UHGV virus genome: UHGV-1497419
Reading direction: 5' to 3' (one strand)
Origin: a virus
DNA: 64,000 nucleotides
Shown: positions 8,539 to 18,286 of the stretch, piece after piece
Layout of the letters: each line of letters begins with the position of its first letter
Position numbering within the stretch: position 1 is the first letter of the stretch
The notes under the pieces: generated by a model
What the model was told of the DNA's origin: nothing
The model's database searches: none
Seen by the model: only the letters and a program-made list of their open reading frames with translations
Program-made: the position numbers and the translations under genes

Positions 8539-10320
8539 TTAAAGCTGCTTGTCAATATTATTTCGAATATCCCCAAGAGTTGTGTAACCGAACTGCTCAG
8601 AGTCACTAAAGACTAAACGTAAGGCACAAGCTGGGTGGTCAAGTACATCTGCAAAACTCTGGAATCCATAGCCATCTATAGCTTTCAGCTTGTCACCATC
8701 CCACATAGGTGCTACACCACCAAAGGCAGATTTCTTAACACCACTATCTGTTTTAGGGTCTTTTGCAAGCATAATCTCTTTACCACCAATGCTTGCAAGA
8801 GTTGCTTTGACAGCAAATGCAAAGGTGTCACGAGTCATGTACTGGTAAGTGTAAGAACCTACGCCAAACACTACGTTAGAGCTTGCAAAACCCATTTCAT
8901 ACAGACGCTTCAGGATTTCGTTTGCACGTTCCAGTGTGATAGAGTCACCATAGATAAGGCCGATGTGCTCATCCAGTACCTTAAACCCTTTAGAGTTAAC
9001 AGTTCCCCCAAAGATGTTGTACAGCGTCTTAATAGCTCCATCAATCTCCGCTACAGGACGTGTTACAACGTTTGCAGAACCAACCATATAAGCATTCTTC
9101 AGCAGTACTGTATCAGCAACTTCAAAGTCTTCTCTGTCAACAACCATTTCGTAGCCTTCTGACAGTAGCCATCCAGCAATACCATAGTTAATGTTTTCAA
9201 GCTTCATGTTCAGGACAGAGTTCAGCATTGTATCACTTGCCTCCAGCTTGCTTAGGTGTTCGTAATAAGCCTTCTTAGCACACTCTAAGTGGATTGCTTT
9301 ATAACCTGTGACAATATGTACAGGGTCTCCAGAGTCAGGGCGAATTACCAGTTTACCATCACGTTCCATAATTTCTTTACGGAGTGCTGGTAAGATTTCT
9401 GACACAGTTCTCCAGAAGTTATAAGTATCTGAAACAATGCTTGCAATACCAGTTGGGTAAGTTTCTGTTAAGAAACGACGGAAGGTTTGCAACTCACCTT
9501 TAAAACGTCTTTCTTCTTCAATCAATTCGTTACCGCCTTCCCAAGCAATGTTTGCACACATTACAGAGTGTTCAGTGGCTGGTACAGAGCTACCAATATC
9601 AGAGATTGGGTAAGACTGTCCATAGATTCGTTTAGCCGTATACACAGCAGGGAAGCTATCAGTTCCTTTAAAGCTGGTTAAGTGACCTACAGCGTTAAAT
9701 GCGTCATCAGTAAAGCCGGACATACCACGCATAGCAAAGTCATGGCACTGATAAGGTAAATGTAAGTCGTTGTCGCAAGTAAGGTCAGCCCACTTCTTAC
9801 AGATACGTTTATAATGCAATGCAATAGTTGCAATGGTACAAGCCTTCCAAATCTCAGCAGAGAAAGCATCCTCCAGATACCCCGCTACCCAATGGAAACC
9901 TGAAACAGTGTTCTGGAAGACAATCATTGGGACACGCATAGGGACAACTGTACCTTCTTCTACAGCGTATACTTCAACTGGTAGATAACCTAAGTCGTGA
10001 AGTGCTTCCCAATGCTCTCGACCGATAGCATCTTTACCCAGAACACCATTCATGACTTCTAAGATTTCATCAATGGCTTCTTTTTTATCACGTTCAAAGA
10101 AAGTGGCGTTCCAGTGGTCTATCAAGTAATCTTTAACGAAACGTTGAATACCAAAAGCCACTACACCATCAATTGCTAAGGGGCTGTTAAACCATTTGTC
10201 ACTACGTGGTGTCAGGTTGAACATCAAATACTCTGTTGCACTAGGATACTGGTAAACATGACCAGATTTGTAAGCATCTGCGTTTAAACCTGCTGGTACT
10301 GCATAAAGTGATTTAGTCAT
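8539..10320 (-). CDS. nicotinamide phosphoribosyltransferase family protein (NadV/NAMPT-like; candidate Namat of an NARP1 pathway)
   Basis: Blocks matching human NAMPT from memory: DAYKSGH..QYP, LPVEVYAVEEGTVVP, HDFAMRGMSG...FKGTDS, PATEHSV, SIVSDTYN, VIRPDSGDP, GLIYGDSI. Confidence 0.85.
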   Translation of the reverse strand: MTKSLYAVPAGLNADAYKSGHVYQYPSATEYLMFNLTPRSDKWFNSPLAIDGVVAFGIQRFVKDYLIDHWNATFFERDKKEAIDEILEVMNGVLGKDAIGREHWEALHDLGYLPVEVYAVEEGTVVPMRVPMIVFQNTVSGFHWVAGYLEDAFSAEIWKACTIATIALHYKRICKKWADLTCDNDLHLPYQCHDFAMRGMSGFTDDAFNAVGHLTSFKGTDSFPAVYTAKRIYGQSYPISDIGSSVPATEHSVMCANIAWEGGNELIEEERRFKGELQTFRRFLTETYPTGIASIVSDTYNFWRTVSEILPALRKEIMERDGKLVIRPDSGDPVHIVTGYKAIHLECAKKAYYEHLSKLEASDTMLNSVLNMKLENINYGIAGWLLSEGYEMVVDREDFEVADTVLLKNAYMVGSANVVTRPVAEIDGAIKTLYNIFGGTVNSKGFKVLDEHIGLIYGDSITLERANEILKRLYEMGFASSNVVFGVGSYTYQYMTRDTFAFAVKATLASIGGKEIMLAKDPKTDSGVKKSAFGGVAPMWDGDKLKAIDGYGFQSFADVLDHPACALRLVFSDSEQFGYTTLGDIRNNIDKQL

Positions 10321-10367
10321 CTTTTAATCTCTCTCTCAAAATGGGGCTTTTAAGCCCCTATAAACTT

Positions 10368-11264
10368 TCAATCAAGGTTTGCTACAGTAACTTGACTGTA
10401 ATGTGTTAAGCCACGGTCTTTAGCTTCGCCTAAAGAGTTTGTAGTGTAAATATGGTCGATACCATTGTCAAGAAGGTTTTCAACATCTTTAGAGAAGATA
10501 CCATGTGTTACATAAAGTTCCACACGTTTTGCACCTGCTTCACGAAGATGCTTCGCTGCTTCTATGAAGGTTCGACCACCATCACAGATATCATCCAGAA
10601 TCATGACGGTTTTATCTGTCAAATCAACATCATCAAGGATTCGCATACTAGTAATTTCACCAGTCTTAAGGTTACGCACTTTAGACATTGTGATGTATGG
10701 TTTATCCACCTCTTTAGCAGTCTCTGCAATCTTCTTAGCAGCACCTGCATCTGGGGCTACTAAGTAATCAATCAGTGGGTCATTTGCATAGTGGACTGCA
10801 ATTTCCTTTTGAGGAATACTCTGGAAGCAGTTAAACAGGTTATCTGGTACATAGCTGTGAGGGTCAACTGCACAGACTGCATCAAAACCCATTGCATTAA
10901 CCTGTTGTGCAAACACTTTCAAAGCTGCTGCATCACCTTTAAACATGTGACGGTCGTAACGTGCATTTGGCAAATAGTAAAAGATAGCAGTCTTCATAGC
11001 AAACTTATGAGGTACTAAATCATCAATTGCTTCTTTAGCAAGTGCCACAGCAAACAATGTGTCCTTATCATAACCTTTTACAATCATAATCACATTGTTG
11101 ATAGATGATGCTGCATAAGCAGTAAAATCAACAAACTCTGGCGAAAAGTGTCCACCAATCTCACCAGAAGGGAATTGGACGATGTTAAACTCTTCTTCAT
11201 GAGTCCCTTTAGTTGGTGAATGAACTGTAACACGGATAGATGTTTTCATAGTTTTCTCTCTCAA
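10368..11264 (-). CDS. ribose-phosphate pyrophosphokinase family protein (Prs-like; candidate Adps of an NARP1 pathway)
   Basis: Prs signature blocks LPNARYDR, VDPHS, VAPDAGAAKK and the PRPP-binding loop VMILDDICDGGRTF...AKRVELYVTHGIFS. Confidence 0.8.
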   Translation of the reverse strand: MREKTMKTSIRVTVHSPTKGTHEEEFNIVQFPSGEIGGHFSPEFVDFTAYAASSINNVIMIVKGYDKDTLFAVALAKEAIDDLVPHKFAMKTAIFYYLPNARYDRHMFKGDAAALKVFAQQVNAMGFDAVCAVDPHSYVPDNLFNCFQSIPQKEIAVHYANDPLIDYLVAPDAGAAKKIAETAKEVDKPYITMSKVRNLKTGEITSMRILDDVDLTDKTVMILDDICDGGRTFIEAAKHLREAGAKRVELYVTHGIFSKDVENLLDNGIDHIYTTNSLGEAKDRGLTHYSQVTVANLD

Positions 11265-11539
11265 TCAAAAGTTACGTTTGTTACTGCCATTGCAGATTTG
11301 CATTTTGCAGGGTCTACAACGTGATAAAGTACACTACAGTTACCTGTGCTGTCTGGTACAGGCTTTACCCATTGCTGCTTTATAGTTGGCTCTCCTAAGT
11401 CTTTGTAAGAGCCATCTGTAAAGTTGTTTACCATCTCAAGTGCAATTGGTTCTGGAACATGACCGCGTATCATGTACATCTCACAACCATTACCACATTC
11501 ACTGACTAATGGTAAAATCTCCCACTTCTCTTTAGCCAT
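11261..11539 (-). CDS. hypothetical protein
   Basis: 92-aa ORF; stop overlaps the Prs-like start. Confidence 0.35.
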   Translation of the reverse strand: MAKEKWEILPLVSECGNGCEMYMIRGHVPEPIALEMVNNFTDGSYKDLGEPTIKQQWVKPVPDSTGNCSVLYHVVDPAKCKSAMAVTNVTFD

Positions 11540-12047
11540 TGTAAGTTGCCCTATAAACTGTCTCGAACTTCAACAGGAGAGATATTGCCAAATCTGTATA
11601 GTTGTTGTCAAGCACATCTGGCATATTATTTTTGATATATTTCTCTTGCTCTTCATAGGTCATCTTAGGGATGCTTAGAAGACTATCACCTTGATTCTGA
11701 TTATCAAGTTTAGTCTGGATAAACCAGTTTGCACAGTGATGCTCACCACCCTTTGTAACAGGTTTGTGGTGGCCTAATGTGAAGGATTGACTACCTGTGT
11801 ATCTGCAAAGTTTATTGAGCACTGTAATGGTGTTCTTCACAACAAAACATTCATACAGGTTGTCTATGGTGTAGTATGGGTAATATCGGAATAATGCTCT
11901 TTCACGAGTACTCTCACGATTCCAGAGAATCATGTGATTGGAGTTGGAAGGGTCATATTGGTGGAAGTCAATGAACTCTTGACGTTCCTCAAAGCTGAGC
12001 CTTAACACTGACATTGCAGCCGAACGTTTCAGGTTTGACAGGTACAT
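11532..12047 (-). CDS. hypothetical protein with a possible HNH-like motif
   Basis: GHHKPVTKGGEHHCANW loosely resembles the HNH H-H...GG...N core; weak. Confidence 0.3.
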   Translation of the reverse strand: MYLSNLKRSAAMSVLRLSFEERQEFIDFHQYDPSNSNHMILWNRESTRERALFRYYPYYTIDNLYECFVVKNTITVLNKLCRYTGSQSFTLGHHKPVTKGGEHHCANWFIQTKLDNQNQGDSLLSIPKMTYEEQEKYIKNNMPDVLDNNYTDLAISLLLKFETVYRATYNG

Positions 12048-12098
12048 ATTATCTCCAAAATAAAAAGGGAACCTTTACAGTTCCCTAATCATAGACTC

Positions 12099-12410
12099 TT
12101 ACTGAACTAATTTCAATACTTTGAAGAAACCTTCTTCACCAATTGCATCATAGACCTTTTCAGTTGGCTTGATAAGGTTGTTCAAGCAGATTATTTTCTT
12201 ACGTTTCTTATCATAAGAAAGTTTAAGCTGCTTCAGCTCTTTATCATCTTCAGGGTGCTCATTGTACATCTTTACAGCCTCTTTGAAGCTAATGTAACCG
12301 CCGCCAAGAGTAAGGAAACCTGTGCCACAATAATGTGAATTGTGCTTATCAGCCATAAACTGACACAGAATAGAAATCTGAATTTTACGGGTGTTATAAA
12401 TCTTTTCCAT
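12099..12410 (-). CDS. hypothetical protein
   Basis: 103-aa ORF. Confidence 0.35.
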   Translation of the reverse strand: MEKIYNTRKIQISILCQFMADKHNSHYCGTGFLTLGGGYISFKEAVKMYNEHPEDDKELKQLKLSYDKKRKKIICLNNLIKPTEKVYDAIGEEGFFKVLKLVQ

Positions 12411-12421
12411 TTTGGTTATCC

Positions 12422-12694
12422 TTACTTGTTGCGTTTACGGTTACGAGCTTTCTTAGCTGCTCGTTTAATAGCTGCTGCACCAGACGGACGGTGGGCTTGC
12501 TTCTTACCACCTTTACCACGTCCAACATGAATGTAAGGCTGCTGTTCAATCTGGCTTGCAAGAACCTGTGCAACTGCTGAAGCATCTACACCGACCTGCT
12601 TACCCGTCATAGAAACAATTGCTGCTGCTTTTGCCAGTGCAGCTAAGAAACCAGCTTTCATGTTACTAAAAATTCCCATTTTAATCTCTCTCAT
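12422..12694 (-). CDS. hypothetical protein with a strongly basic C-terminal tail
   Basis: 90-aa ORF ending KRAAKKARNRKRNK. Confidence 0.35.
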   Translation of the reverse strand: MREIKMGIFSNMKAGFLAALAKAAAIVSMTGKQVGVDASAVAQVLASQIEQQPYIHVGRGKGGKKQAHRPSGAAAIKRAAKKARNRKRNK

Positions 12695-12949
12695 TTAAAG
12701 TTTAATACAGAACTTATTAAGTTCTTCTTCAGTAACTGTGACAACTTTATCATCAACACGTAAGTTTGTCGCGTAAAAATTTGAGAAATGTGCTTTGTAT
12801 TTTACTTTAAATACTCCAGCATCCTCAATACATTTCAATGCTTCCATACCAGTGGAGTCAAACAGACTTTTAGTATAGACTTTCCACTCTTCAATGGTTT
12901 CTGGATTTACTTTGTAGCTACCAAATAGTGACATGTTACAGTACGACAT
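12695..12949 (-). CDS. hypothetical protein (start uncertain; track ORF extends to 13096 and overlaps nrdG)
   Basis: ATG at 12949 avoids overlap with the nrdG 3' end; upstream in-frame starts also exist. Confidence 0.3.
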   Translation of the reverse strand: MSYCNMSLFGSYKVNPETIEEWKVYTKSLFDSTGMEALKCIEDAGVFKVKYKAHFSNFYATNLRVDDKVVTVTEEELNKFCIKL

Positions 12950-12977
12950 AACAAACTCACCGCGTTTGAATCCACCG

Positions 12978-13463
12978 CTACTCTGCTCTCCATTGACAGT
13001 CACCTTGCCAGCCATATTCTTTTCTCCACAAGTTTTGGTTGTCTGAACCACGATATGGTTTATTCGTTGGTTTAGAAGCATCATACTTACCATCAATCAC
13101 CACGTCAACATATTTCATCACATCTAAGTGGATTTTTTCGTGCAGTTGAAAACCTGTCCAAAGCCATATAGACTTTTCTGGATAAACAGTTTTAATACGC
13201 TTGCATATGTTGGTGACCTCTTGAATATTTCTATCATCCAGAGGCTCCCCACCAAGTATTGACAGCCCACTGATAGCGTTATCATTCATTAGCTGAATGA
13301 TTCCGTAAAGGTTTGCATAAGTAAATACTTTACCAGCATTAAACTTCCAAGACTCCCTGTTAAAGCAGCCTTCGCAGTGATGCTTACAACCAGCTACGAA
13401 GAGGCTTACACGAACCCCTTCACCATTAGCTGTGTCAAATGGCCTAATCTCCATGTAATTCAT
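12978..13463 (-). CDS. nrdG: anaerobic ribonucleotide reductase activating protein (radical SAM)
   Basis: CKHHCEGC = CxxxCxxC radical-SAM cluster motif near the N-terminus; C-terminal RGSDNQ resembles T4 NrdG; adjacent region contains nrdD. Confidence 0.8.
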   Translation of the reverse strand: MNYMEIRPFDTANGEGVRVSLFVAGCKHHCEGCFNRESWKFNAGKVFTYANLYGIIQLMNDNAISGLSILGGEPLDDRNIQEVTNICKRIKTVYPEKSIWLWTGFQLHEKIHLDVMKYVDVVIDGKYDASKPTNKPYRGSDNQNLWRKEYGWQGDCQWRAE

Positions 13464-13522
13464 CTAGTTACCTCACCAATAAATATAAACGTTCTTTAAA
13501 CCTTTTCTTCGAATTGTTTTAC

Positions 13523-13918
13523 TCATTCAAACACCACCTGACAAGGAACCTGTTTAGTAATAAATTCTTCACAGTGCTCTTTAATGAAGTTTTGTAATGG
13601 TACACAATCTTGTGCGCAAGTCATTAGCATAATGTACTCTGGATTCATGATGTTTTCAAGACTGTAGAAGACAACATCATCAGATAGTTCGTGACCATCT
13701 TCTTCAGACCAAGTTCCAGTGACTACAGCTAATTTGTCAAGCAATTCATTAGGCAATGCTACACCATCTTCTACAGAATCACTTAGAACATTGTCGCCGA
13801 TATACAATGTGAAGACCGTGTGGAATGTTGAGTATCTTACGTGATTCTTTTCACAAGAGCCACACTCTGAGGCATAATCTTTAATCCACTCTAACTGTTT
13901 TTGACTCAACTTAATCAT
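13523..13918 (-). CDS. hypothetical protein
   Basis: 131-aa cysteine-containing ORF. Confidence 0.35.
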   Translation of the reverse strand: MIKLSQKQLEWIKDYASECGSCEKNHVRYSTFHTVFTLYIGDNVLSDSVEDGVALPNELLDKLAVVTGTWSEEDGHELSDDVVFYSLENIMNPEYIMLMTCAQDCVPLQNFIKEHCEEFITKQVPCQVVFE

Positions 13919-14115
13919 AATTTCACCTTAGTTGGTAATGCACTGAATGCTATGACTAACCCTAAAAATGGTTTGAAGCATGACCATAAATCCATCTGAC
14001 CATGATATGAGAAACTCCATTGTGGGTCTGAAAAACCCCATACCATAACACTAACCCCAAAGAAGAAGACTAGAATATGGAGTATGTATATCAACGCTTT
14101 TGATATCTTAAACAT
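13915..14115 (-). CDS. hypothetical small membrane protein
   Basis: 66 aa with a long hydrophobic segment ALIYILHILVFFFGVSVMVWGF. Confidence 0.3.
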   Translation of the reverse strand: MFKISKALIYILHILVFFFGVSVMVWGFSDPQWSFSYHGQMDLWSCFKPFLGLVIAFSALPTKVKL

Positions 14116-14221
14116 TTTAACTTACCTTTCAATTCACAATAAGAGAGTCCTAAAAAGAACCCTAGTAAGACAGAACCTATGAACAATCCAATAATACTCT
14201 CTGCCATATCTAACATCCAAT

Positions 14222-14260
14222 AAAAAAGGTGATGTAAGCCTATCAAGACCCACATCACCT
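14222..14260 (-). terminator. putative terminator (9-bp stem AGGTGATGT/ACATCACCT, 16-nt loop, T-run on minus strand)
   Basis: Perfect inverted repeat immediately downstream of the nrdD stop with an A-run on the plus strand. Confidence 0.4.
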
Positions 14261-14269
14261 TGTCAAGTT

Positions 14270-16414
14270 TTACATAGATACTCTATCACGAATCTCAGCG
14301 ATTTTTGCATCGTTCATTCGGGATTCACCTTTAATCTTAGTCCATCCCAGATATCCGCACACCCTGTTAATCACAGAGATATCATGTGAATGACAAACCT
14401 CACATTCTTCAACATCAGCCTTTGGTCTGTTACCACAATGTTCACAGATTGCTAAGTCAAAGTTAAGCCCCTGATAGAAACCTTTCAACATCCCTCTTGT
14501 AATACAACTTTTAAGTGCTGTTAAGTTTTCTGGGTTAGCTACCCTGACATACTGGATTCTCCCACCTCTACAGATATGGAAGAATGGCTCTTCTAAGTCC
14601 TGCTTCTCAAATGGTGAGATGTCTGCTGCAACATTCATATGGAAACTGTTTGTAAAGTATTCCTTATCAGAAACACCTTTGATAACGCCAAACATATCTC
14701 TGAACTGTTTTAGCTGAGTTCCGCAAAGTGATTCTGCTGGAGTACCATAGACGGCATATAAGAAGCCATCTTCATTTTTAAACTCTTCAGTTTTCATGTT
14801 GATGTATGCCAGAACATCGTATGCAAAACTACAGCTTCCAACTTCATGAAGTCGTTTACCTTCAGCAAGAACAGATAGCTCATCAAGCGCAGTAACACCA
14901 AAAGAAGCTGTGAAGGACTTCACAATATCCCAACCAACCTTGTCAGTAGGTTTCTTAGTTCCTTTGTACAGACCACCTTGTGTAAATGCAAGAGGGTTAG
15001 AACTTGCTGGCATATTAGCAATCATTTCGTAACGTTTCTTGTGGAAACTACGAATCATCTCTAGGTACTTATCAAGCTCTGTCCAGAAATCTAAACCATT
15101 CTCTTTAGAATACTGGTAAATCATTGGTAAGTTCAAAGATACAGCACCAATATTAGCACGACCAACGTAGAACTCTTCTCCATTCTCGTTAAGATATGGG
15201 GATAAGAAAGCTCTGCAACCCATCGGTGAAATTACCTTGCCAGAACGCTCAAAAGCCTCTGCTACAGCACCATGACCAGATACACTTAAAAAATCTGGAT
15301 ACATCGCTTTAGAGCAACACTCAATAGCTTTGCTGTACAGTTGGCCTTGACAGATATTCTCATCGTGTCTCTTCTGGTCATGAATATAAACCAGTTTAGG
15401 GAATACAACAGGCTTCTTACTCTTACCTTGTCCATTCATGCGAACATCAAGAATGGTGTTTGCAATCATGTATTGCAGTCGGTTGTCTTCATTAGACATA
15501 TCTGAGTCAAGTAATCCAAATGTCAAAGTTGTAAATGCAAAATCACCACGGCTACAAGGTACAGTATTTAGTTTCATTTCGAGTGACTGGAAACCCTGAG
15601 TTAATTCAAGCTGTAGCTGCTCCATGACATAATTGTGGTAATGTTCTTTAGGAATACCGTAAGATGCTGCTTTCTCAGCATGGTAGCGTAGAGACTTTTT
15701 AGCATACGGTACAAGCACCTTATCAATCTCTGCTAAAGTAAATCCACCAAATTGCTGTGCAGTTGCTGAAAGAACTACATCACCAATAACCTGTAAGGCT
15801 GACAGCACAGACTTCGGTTCACAGTATTCGATGCCAGACATCTCAAAGCCACCTTTCAGTACTTTACCAATGTCAAACAAGCAACAGTTAATGCCGCCAA
15901 AAATCAGGTCTCTTAAATCGTGGATATAGATAAACCCTTTTTCAATGGCTTCAAGTTCCTCTGGTGTTAAATGGTACTGCTTAAAGATTTCTTTAGTCAG
16001 GTAACCACGAATAATTGAACCTTTTGTAGAAATTAAACTGCTGTCAAAGTTAGCGTTTTCACGGTCACCTAAGAAGAGCGTGTCTCTAGTCTTTTGGTAA
16101 AGCTCATCCCAATTTTGAGCAACCTCTTTCCGGTAATTTCTATATGTTGAGTAAGACTCATAAATCTCGTGATTGACTTCTGCCAAAGCACCCTCAACAA
16201 TGCTGTGAATATCATTGACTGAGATGAGTAAATTATTCTGCTTAGTGGACTTTACCAGAATCCTCATAAATGCTGACTCAAGAGCTTGGGTAACATCTGG
16301 TGGGAGTTCTTTATATCCAACCCTGTTAGCTGACTTAGTTACTGCTGCTAAAACTTTTTTGATATCAGGTTCTTCAAGTGAGCCATTCTTTTTAATAATC
16401 TGTACTTTGTTCAT
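14270..16414 (-). CDS. nrdD: anaerobic ribonucleoside-triphosphate reductase (class III, glycyl radical)
   Basis: C-terminal glycyl-radical motif RVCGYLG and a C-terminal Cys cluster; 714 aa. Confidence 0.9.
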   Translation of the reverse strand: MNKVQIIKKNGSLEEPDIKKVLAAVTKSANRVGYKELPPDVTQALESAFMRILVKSTKQNNLLISVNDIHSIVEGALAEVNHEIYESYSTYRNYRKEVAQNWDELYQKTRDTLFLGDRENANFDSSLISTKGSIIRGYLTKEIFKQYHLTPEELEAIEKGFIYIHDLRDLIFGGINCCLFDIGKVLKGGFEMSGIEYCEPKSVLSALQVIGDVVLSATAQQFGGFTLAEIDKVLVPYAKKSLRYHAEKAASYGIPKEHYHNYVMEQLQLELTQGFQSLEMKLNTVPCSRGDFAFTTLTFGLLDSDMSNEDNRLQYMIANTILDVRMNGQGKSKKPVVFPKLVYIHDQKRHDENICQGQLYSKAIECCSKAMYPDFLSVSGHGAVAEAFERSGKVISPMGCRAFLSPYLNENGEEFYVGRANIGAVSLNLPMIYQYSKENGLDFWTELDKYLEMIRSFHKKRYEMIANMPASSNPLAFTQGGLYKGTKKPTDKVGWDIVKSFTASFGVTALDELSVLAEGKRLHEVGSCSFAYDVLAYINMKTEEFKNEDGFLYAVYGTPAESLCGTQLKQFRDMFGVIKGVSDKEYFTNSFHMNVAADISPFEKQDLEEPFFHICRGGRIQYVRVANPENLTALKSCITRGMLKGFYQGLNFDLAICEHCGNRPKADVEECEVCHSHDISVINRVCGYLGWTKIKGESRMNDAKIAEIRDRVSM

Positions 16415-16433
16415 TATTGCCCCTTTACATGCT

Positions 16434-16454
16434 AAAAAGGTCTCCGAAGAGACC
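16434..16454 (-). terminator. rho-independent terminator (GGTCTC-cgaa-GAGACC plus T-run on minus strand)
   Basis: Perfect 6-bp stem and A-run on the plus strand, between the 68-aa gene and nrdD. Confidence 0.5.
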
Positions 16455-16462
16455 CTTTCATT

Positions 16463-16669
16463 TTAAATCTTTTTAGAAAACTTTGAAACGAGTTTTCTTA
16501 GTTTTTCAGTGATACCTAGCTGTATCTCTAATATTTCAAAGATAACCCATAGTAACATGGCTCCAAACAATGAACCTTGTTCAAAATCAGTAAATAGGTT
16601 AACAACAAGCATACCAATCACAATAGCTGGTGCATCAACAACCAAACCTTCCCAAAGGCGTTTAAGCAT
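16463..16669 (-). CDS. hypothetical small membrane protein
   Basis: 68 aa with hydrophobic segments. Confidence 0.3.
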   Translation of the reverse strand: MLKRLWEGLVVDAPAIVIGMLVVNLFTDFEQGSLFGAMLLWVIFEILEIQLGITEKLRKLVSKFSKKI

Positions 16670-16904
16670 TATTCACCTCTGCCATAAAATTCTGTAGCGT
16701 TCCAACAGGTTTTAGGTTTTGACCGTCAGTTTTCATGATGAATGGCATCTGACGAACTGGCATCTGTGCAATATCCATCAGGTCTGGCAGTTCATAATCC
16801 TGCCCTAACATTCTCACAACATGGTCAATACCACGAGCTTTCGCAAAATTCTTTGCAGTCTCACACTGAGGGCATCCAGTTTTGGAGTAAATTACATAAG
16901 TCAT
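16662..16904 (-). CDS. glutaredoxin/NrdH-like redoxin
   Basis: CPQC active site at residues 11-14, ~80 aa, directly downstream of nrdB. Confidence 0.7.
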   Translation of the reverse strand: MTYVIYSKTGCPQCETAKNFAKARGIDHVVRMLGQDYELPDLMDIAQMPVRQMPFIMKTDGQNLKPVGTLQNFMAEVNNA

Positions 16905-17977
16905 TAAGGAACCTCTAAAAATCCACTATTCAAATCATCTACAACAGTATTCAATAAATACGCACCGTTCTGTTGCTCCTGATTAGCATTCTGCTCTTTA
17001 TCAATTTCCATCTTCTTAATCATATACTTCAAAGGTGGTTCTTTAGGAGCTACAAAATCTCTGGGAATGCCAAACATATCATACAGTGGGGCAGCATTAT
17101 AGTAAACCCACTCATGAAGAAGCTTTGTATTTAACCCAACTACAGCACGTCCTTCGGAGAAGATATAATACGACCATTTCTCTTCACTTTCAACTACTTC
17201 ATCTAAGATTACTTTAATCTCTGGAAGAATTTGTTGGAAAGCTTTTTGCCACTCATCATCTCTTAAAGTTTCTTTTAAAACTTCAATATCAATTTTAGTG
17301 TGAAGGATTTCGTCAAGCATAATTTTCTGGACAGCTTGAGCAATACCTTGAAATTTATCTTGAGCATCAAGTGCAAAAGTACATGCAAAGGATGCCATAA
17401 AAGATATTCCTTCCAGCGCAGTCACTGCAAATAGACCTTTCAGAATCACTTTATGGAAGTGTAAAGGGTCTTTGTCCAGAAGTGAGTCACGCACATAACT
17501 CAGACGATAGTTTATACCTTCATCCAGTAATTCTTCAAGAACACGATTCACAGTTTTTAATCGGTCTTGCACAGCAACATTCTGGTTAATCTCATCTAAG
17601 ATTGTTTCAGGGTTTTTAATACATTGTCTTACAATCTCTGAGTAAGTAAGAGCATGTAGGTTTTCAATCTCAGACTGCTTCATAATTGTAGTTGCATAAA
17701 TGTCATCAGAGATAAAAGGTGCAAAGGCAAATGCCAAGCTCTTAGCAACTTGAGTGTCTGCTTCCCATTGCCACTTAAGAATCTCAAGCATTACACCTGA
17801 CATTGATGCTGGGACACTCTCAAAATCAAGACGTGATTGTTCAAAAGGGAACTCATCTTCTGACCAGTCTTGTGCTTTTTGTTGTTTATAAAGTTCAAAG
17901 ATTTTTGGGTAGTGCTTATTGAGTGAGTCAAAAGTTTTTCTCTCACCACCTAAAAAGATTGGGTGCTGGTTAATCAT
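16904..17977 (-). CDS. nrdB: ribonucleotide reductase class Ia small subunit
   Basis: Ferritin-like R2 features, position after nrdA; start set at the ATG (MINQHP) forming an ATGA overlap with the upstream stop rather than the TTG at 18037. Confidence 0.8.
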   Translation of the reverse strand: MINQHPIFLGGERKTFDSLNKHYPKIFELYKQQKAQDWSEDEFPFEQSRLDFESVPASMSGVMLEILKWQWEADTQVAKSLAFAFAPFISDDIYATTIMKQSEIENLHALTYSEIVRQCIKNPETILDEINQNVAVQDRLKTVNRVLEELLDEGINYRLSYVRDSLLDKDPLHFHKVILKGLFAVTALEGISFMASFACTFALDAQDKFQGIAQAVQKIMLDEILHTKIDIEVLKETLRDDEWQKAFQQILPEIKVILDEVVESEEKWSYYIFSEGRAVVGLNTKLLHEWVYYNAAPLYDMFGIPRDFVAPKEPPLKYMIKKMEIDKEQNANQEQQNGAYLLNTVVDDLNSGFLEVP

Positions 17978-18231
17978 AGCGTGATTTCTCCTTTCTTTAT
18001 CATTTCTAAGGCTTGTTTTCTGTCTAAAACTTCCCAATTCTCTTTGTTAAACATCTCATAAGGTCTTGCGTAGATTTTACCATCTGCTGTAGAGATGTAA
18101 GAGGCTCCAGTGACCCATAAGTCATCATTCTGCTTTATCATGATACCTGTGCTGCTCACATAGTACAATGTTTTGCGGGGTTTGTAGAGCAAGTATATTG
18201 GTCGCTCATGTTTTTCTATTAAATCTTTCAT
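17974..18231 (-). CDS. hypothetical protein between nrdA and nrdB
   Basis: 85-aa ORF from the ATG at 18231 (MKDLIEK); stop overlaps the nrdB start. Confidence 0.35.
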   Translation of the reverse strand: MKDLIEKHERPIYLLYKPRKTLYYVSSTGIMIKQNDDLWVTGASYISTADGKIYARPYEMFNKENWEVLDRKQALEMIKKGEITL

Positions 18232-18286
18232 GGTCTCTCCAAAGTTATTTTTAGAGGGTCTTTTACGACCCTCATAGTTATTAAAA

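Noticed and set aside
8635-9162. Plus-strand ORFs embedded antisense in minus-strand genes (e.g. 8635-9162 in the NAMPT-like gene, 44843-45370, 56830-57243 in the capsid gene, 58264-58704 in the protease gene, 62081-62497 in terminase)
   Set aside because: They lie wholly inside well-supported genes on the opposite strand, have low-complexity translations and no start context; treated as frame artefacts.
16904-18037. Long N-terminal extension of nrdB from a TTG start at 18037
   Set aside because: An in-frame ATG at 17977 (MINQHP...) forms an ATGA overlap with the upstream stop and removes the overlap; the extension is unlikely to be translated.
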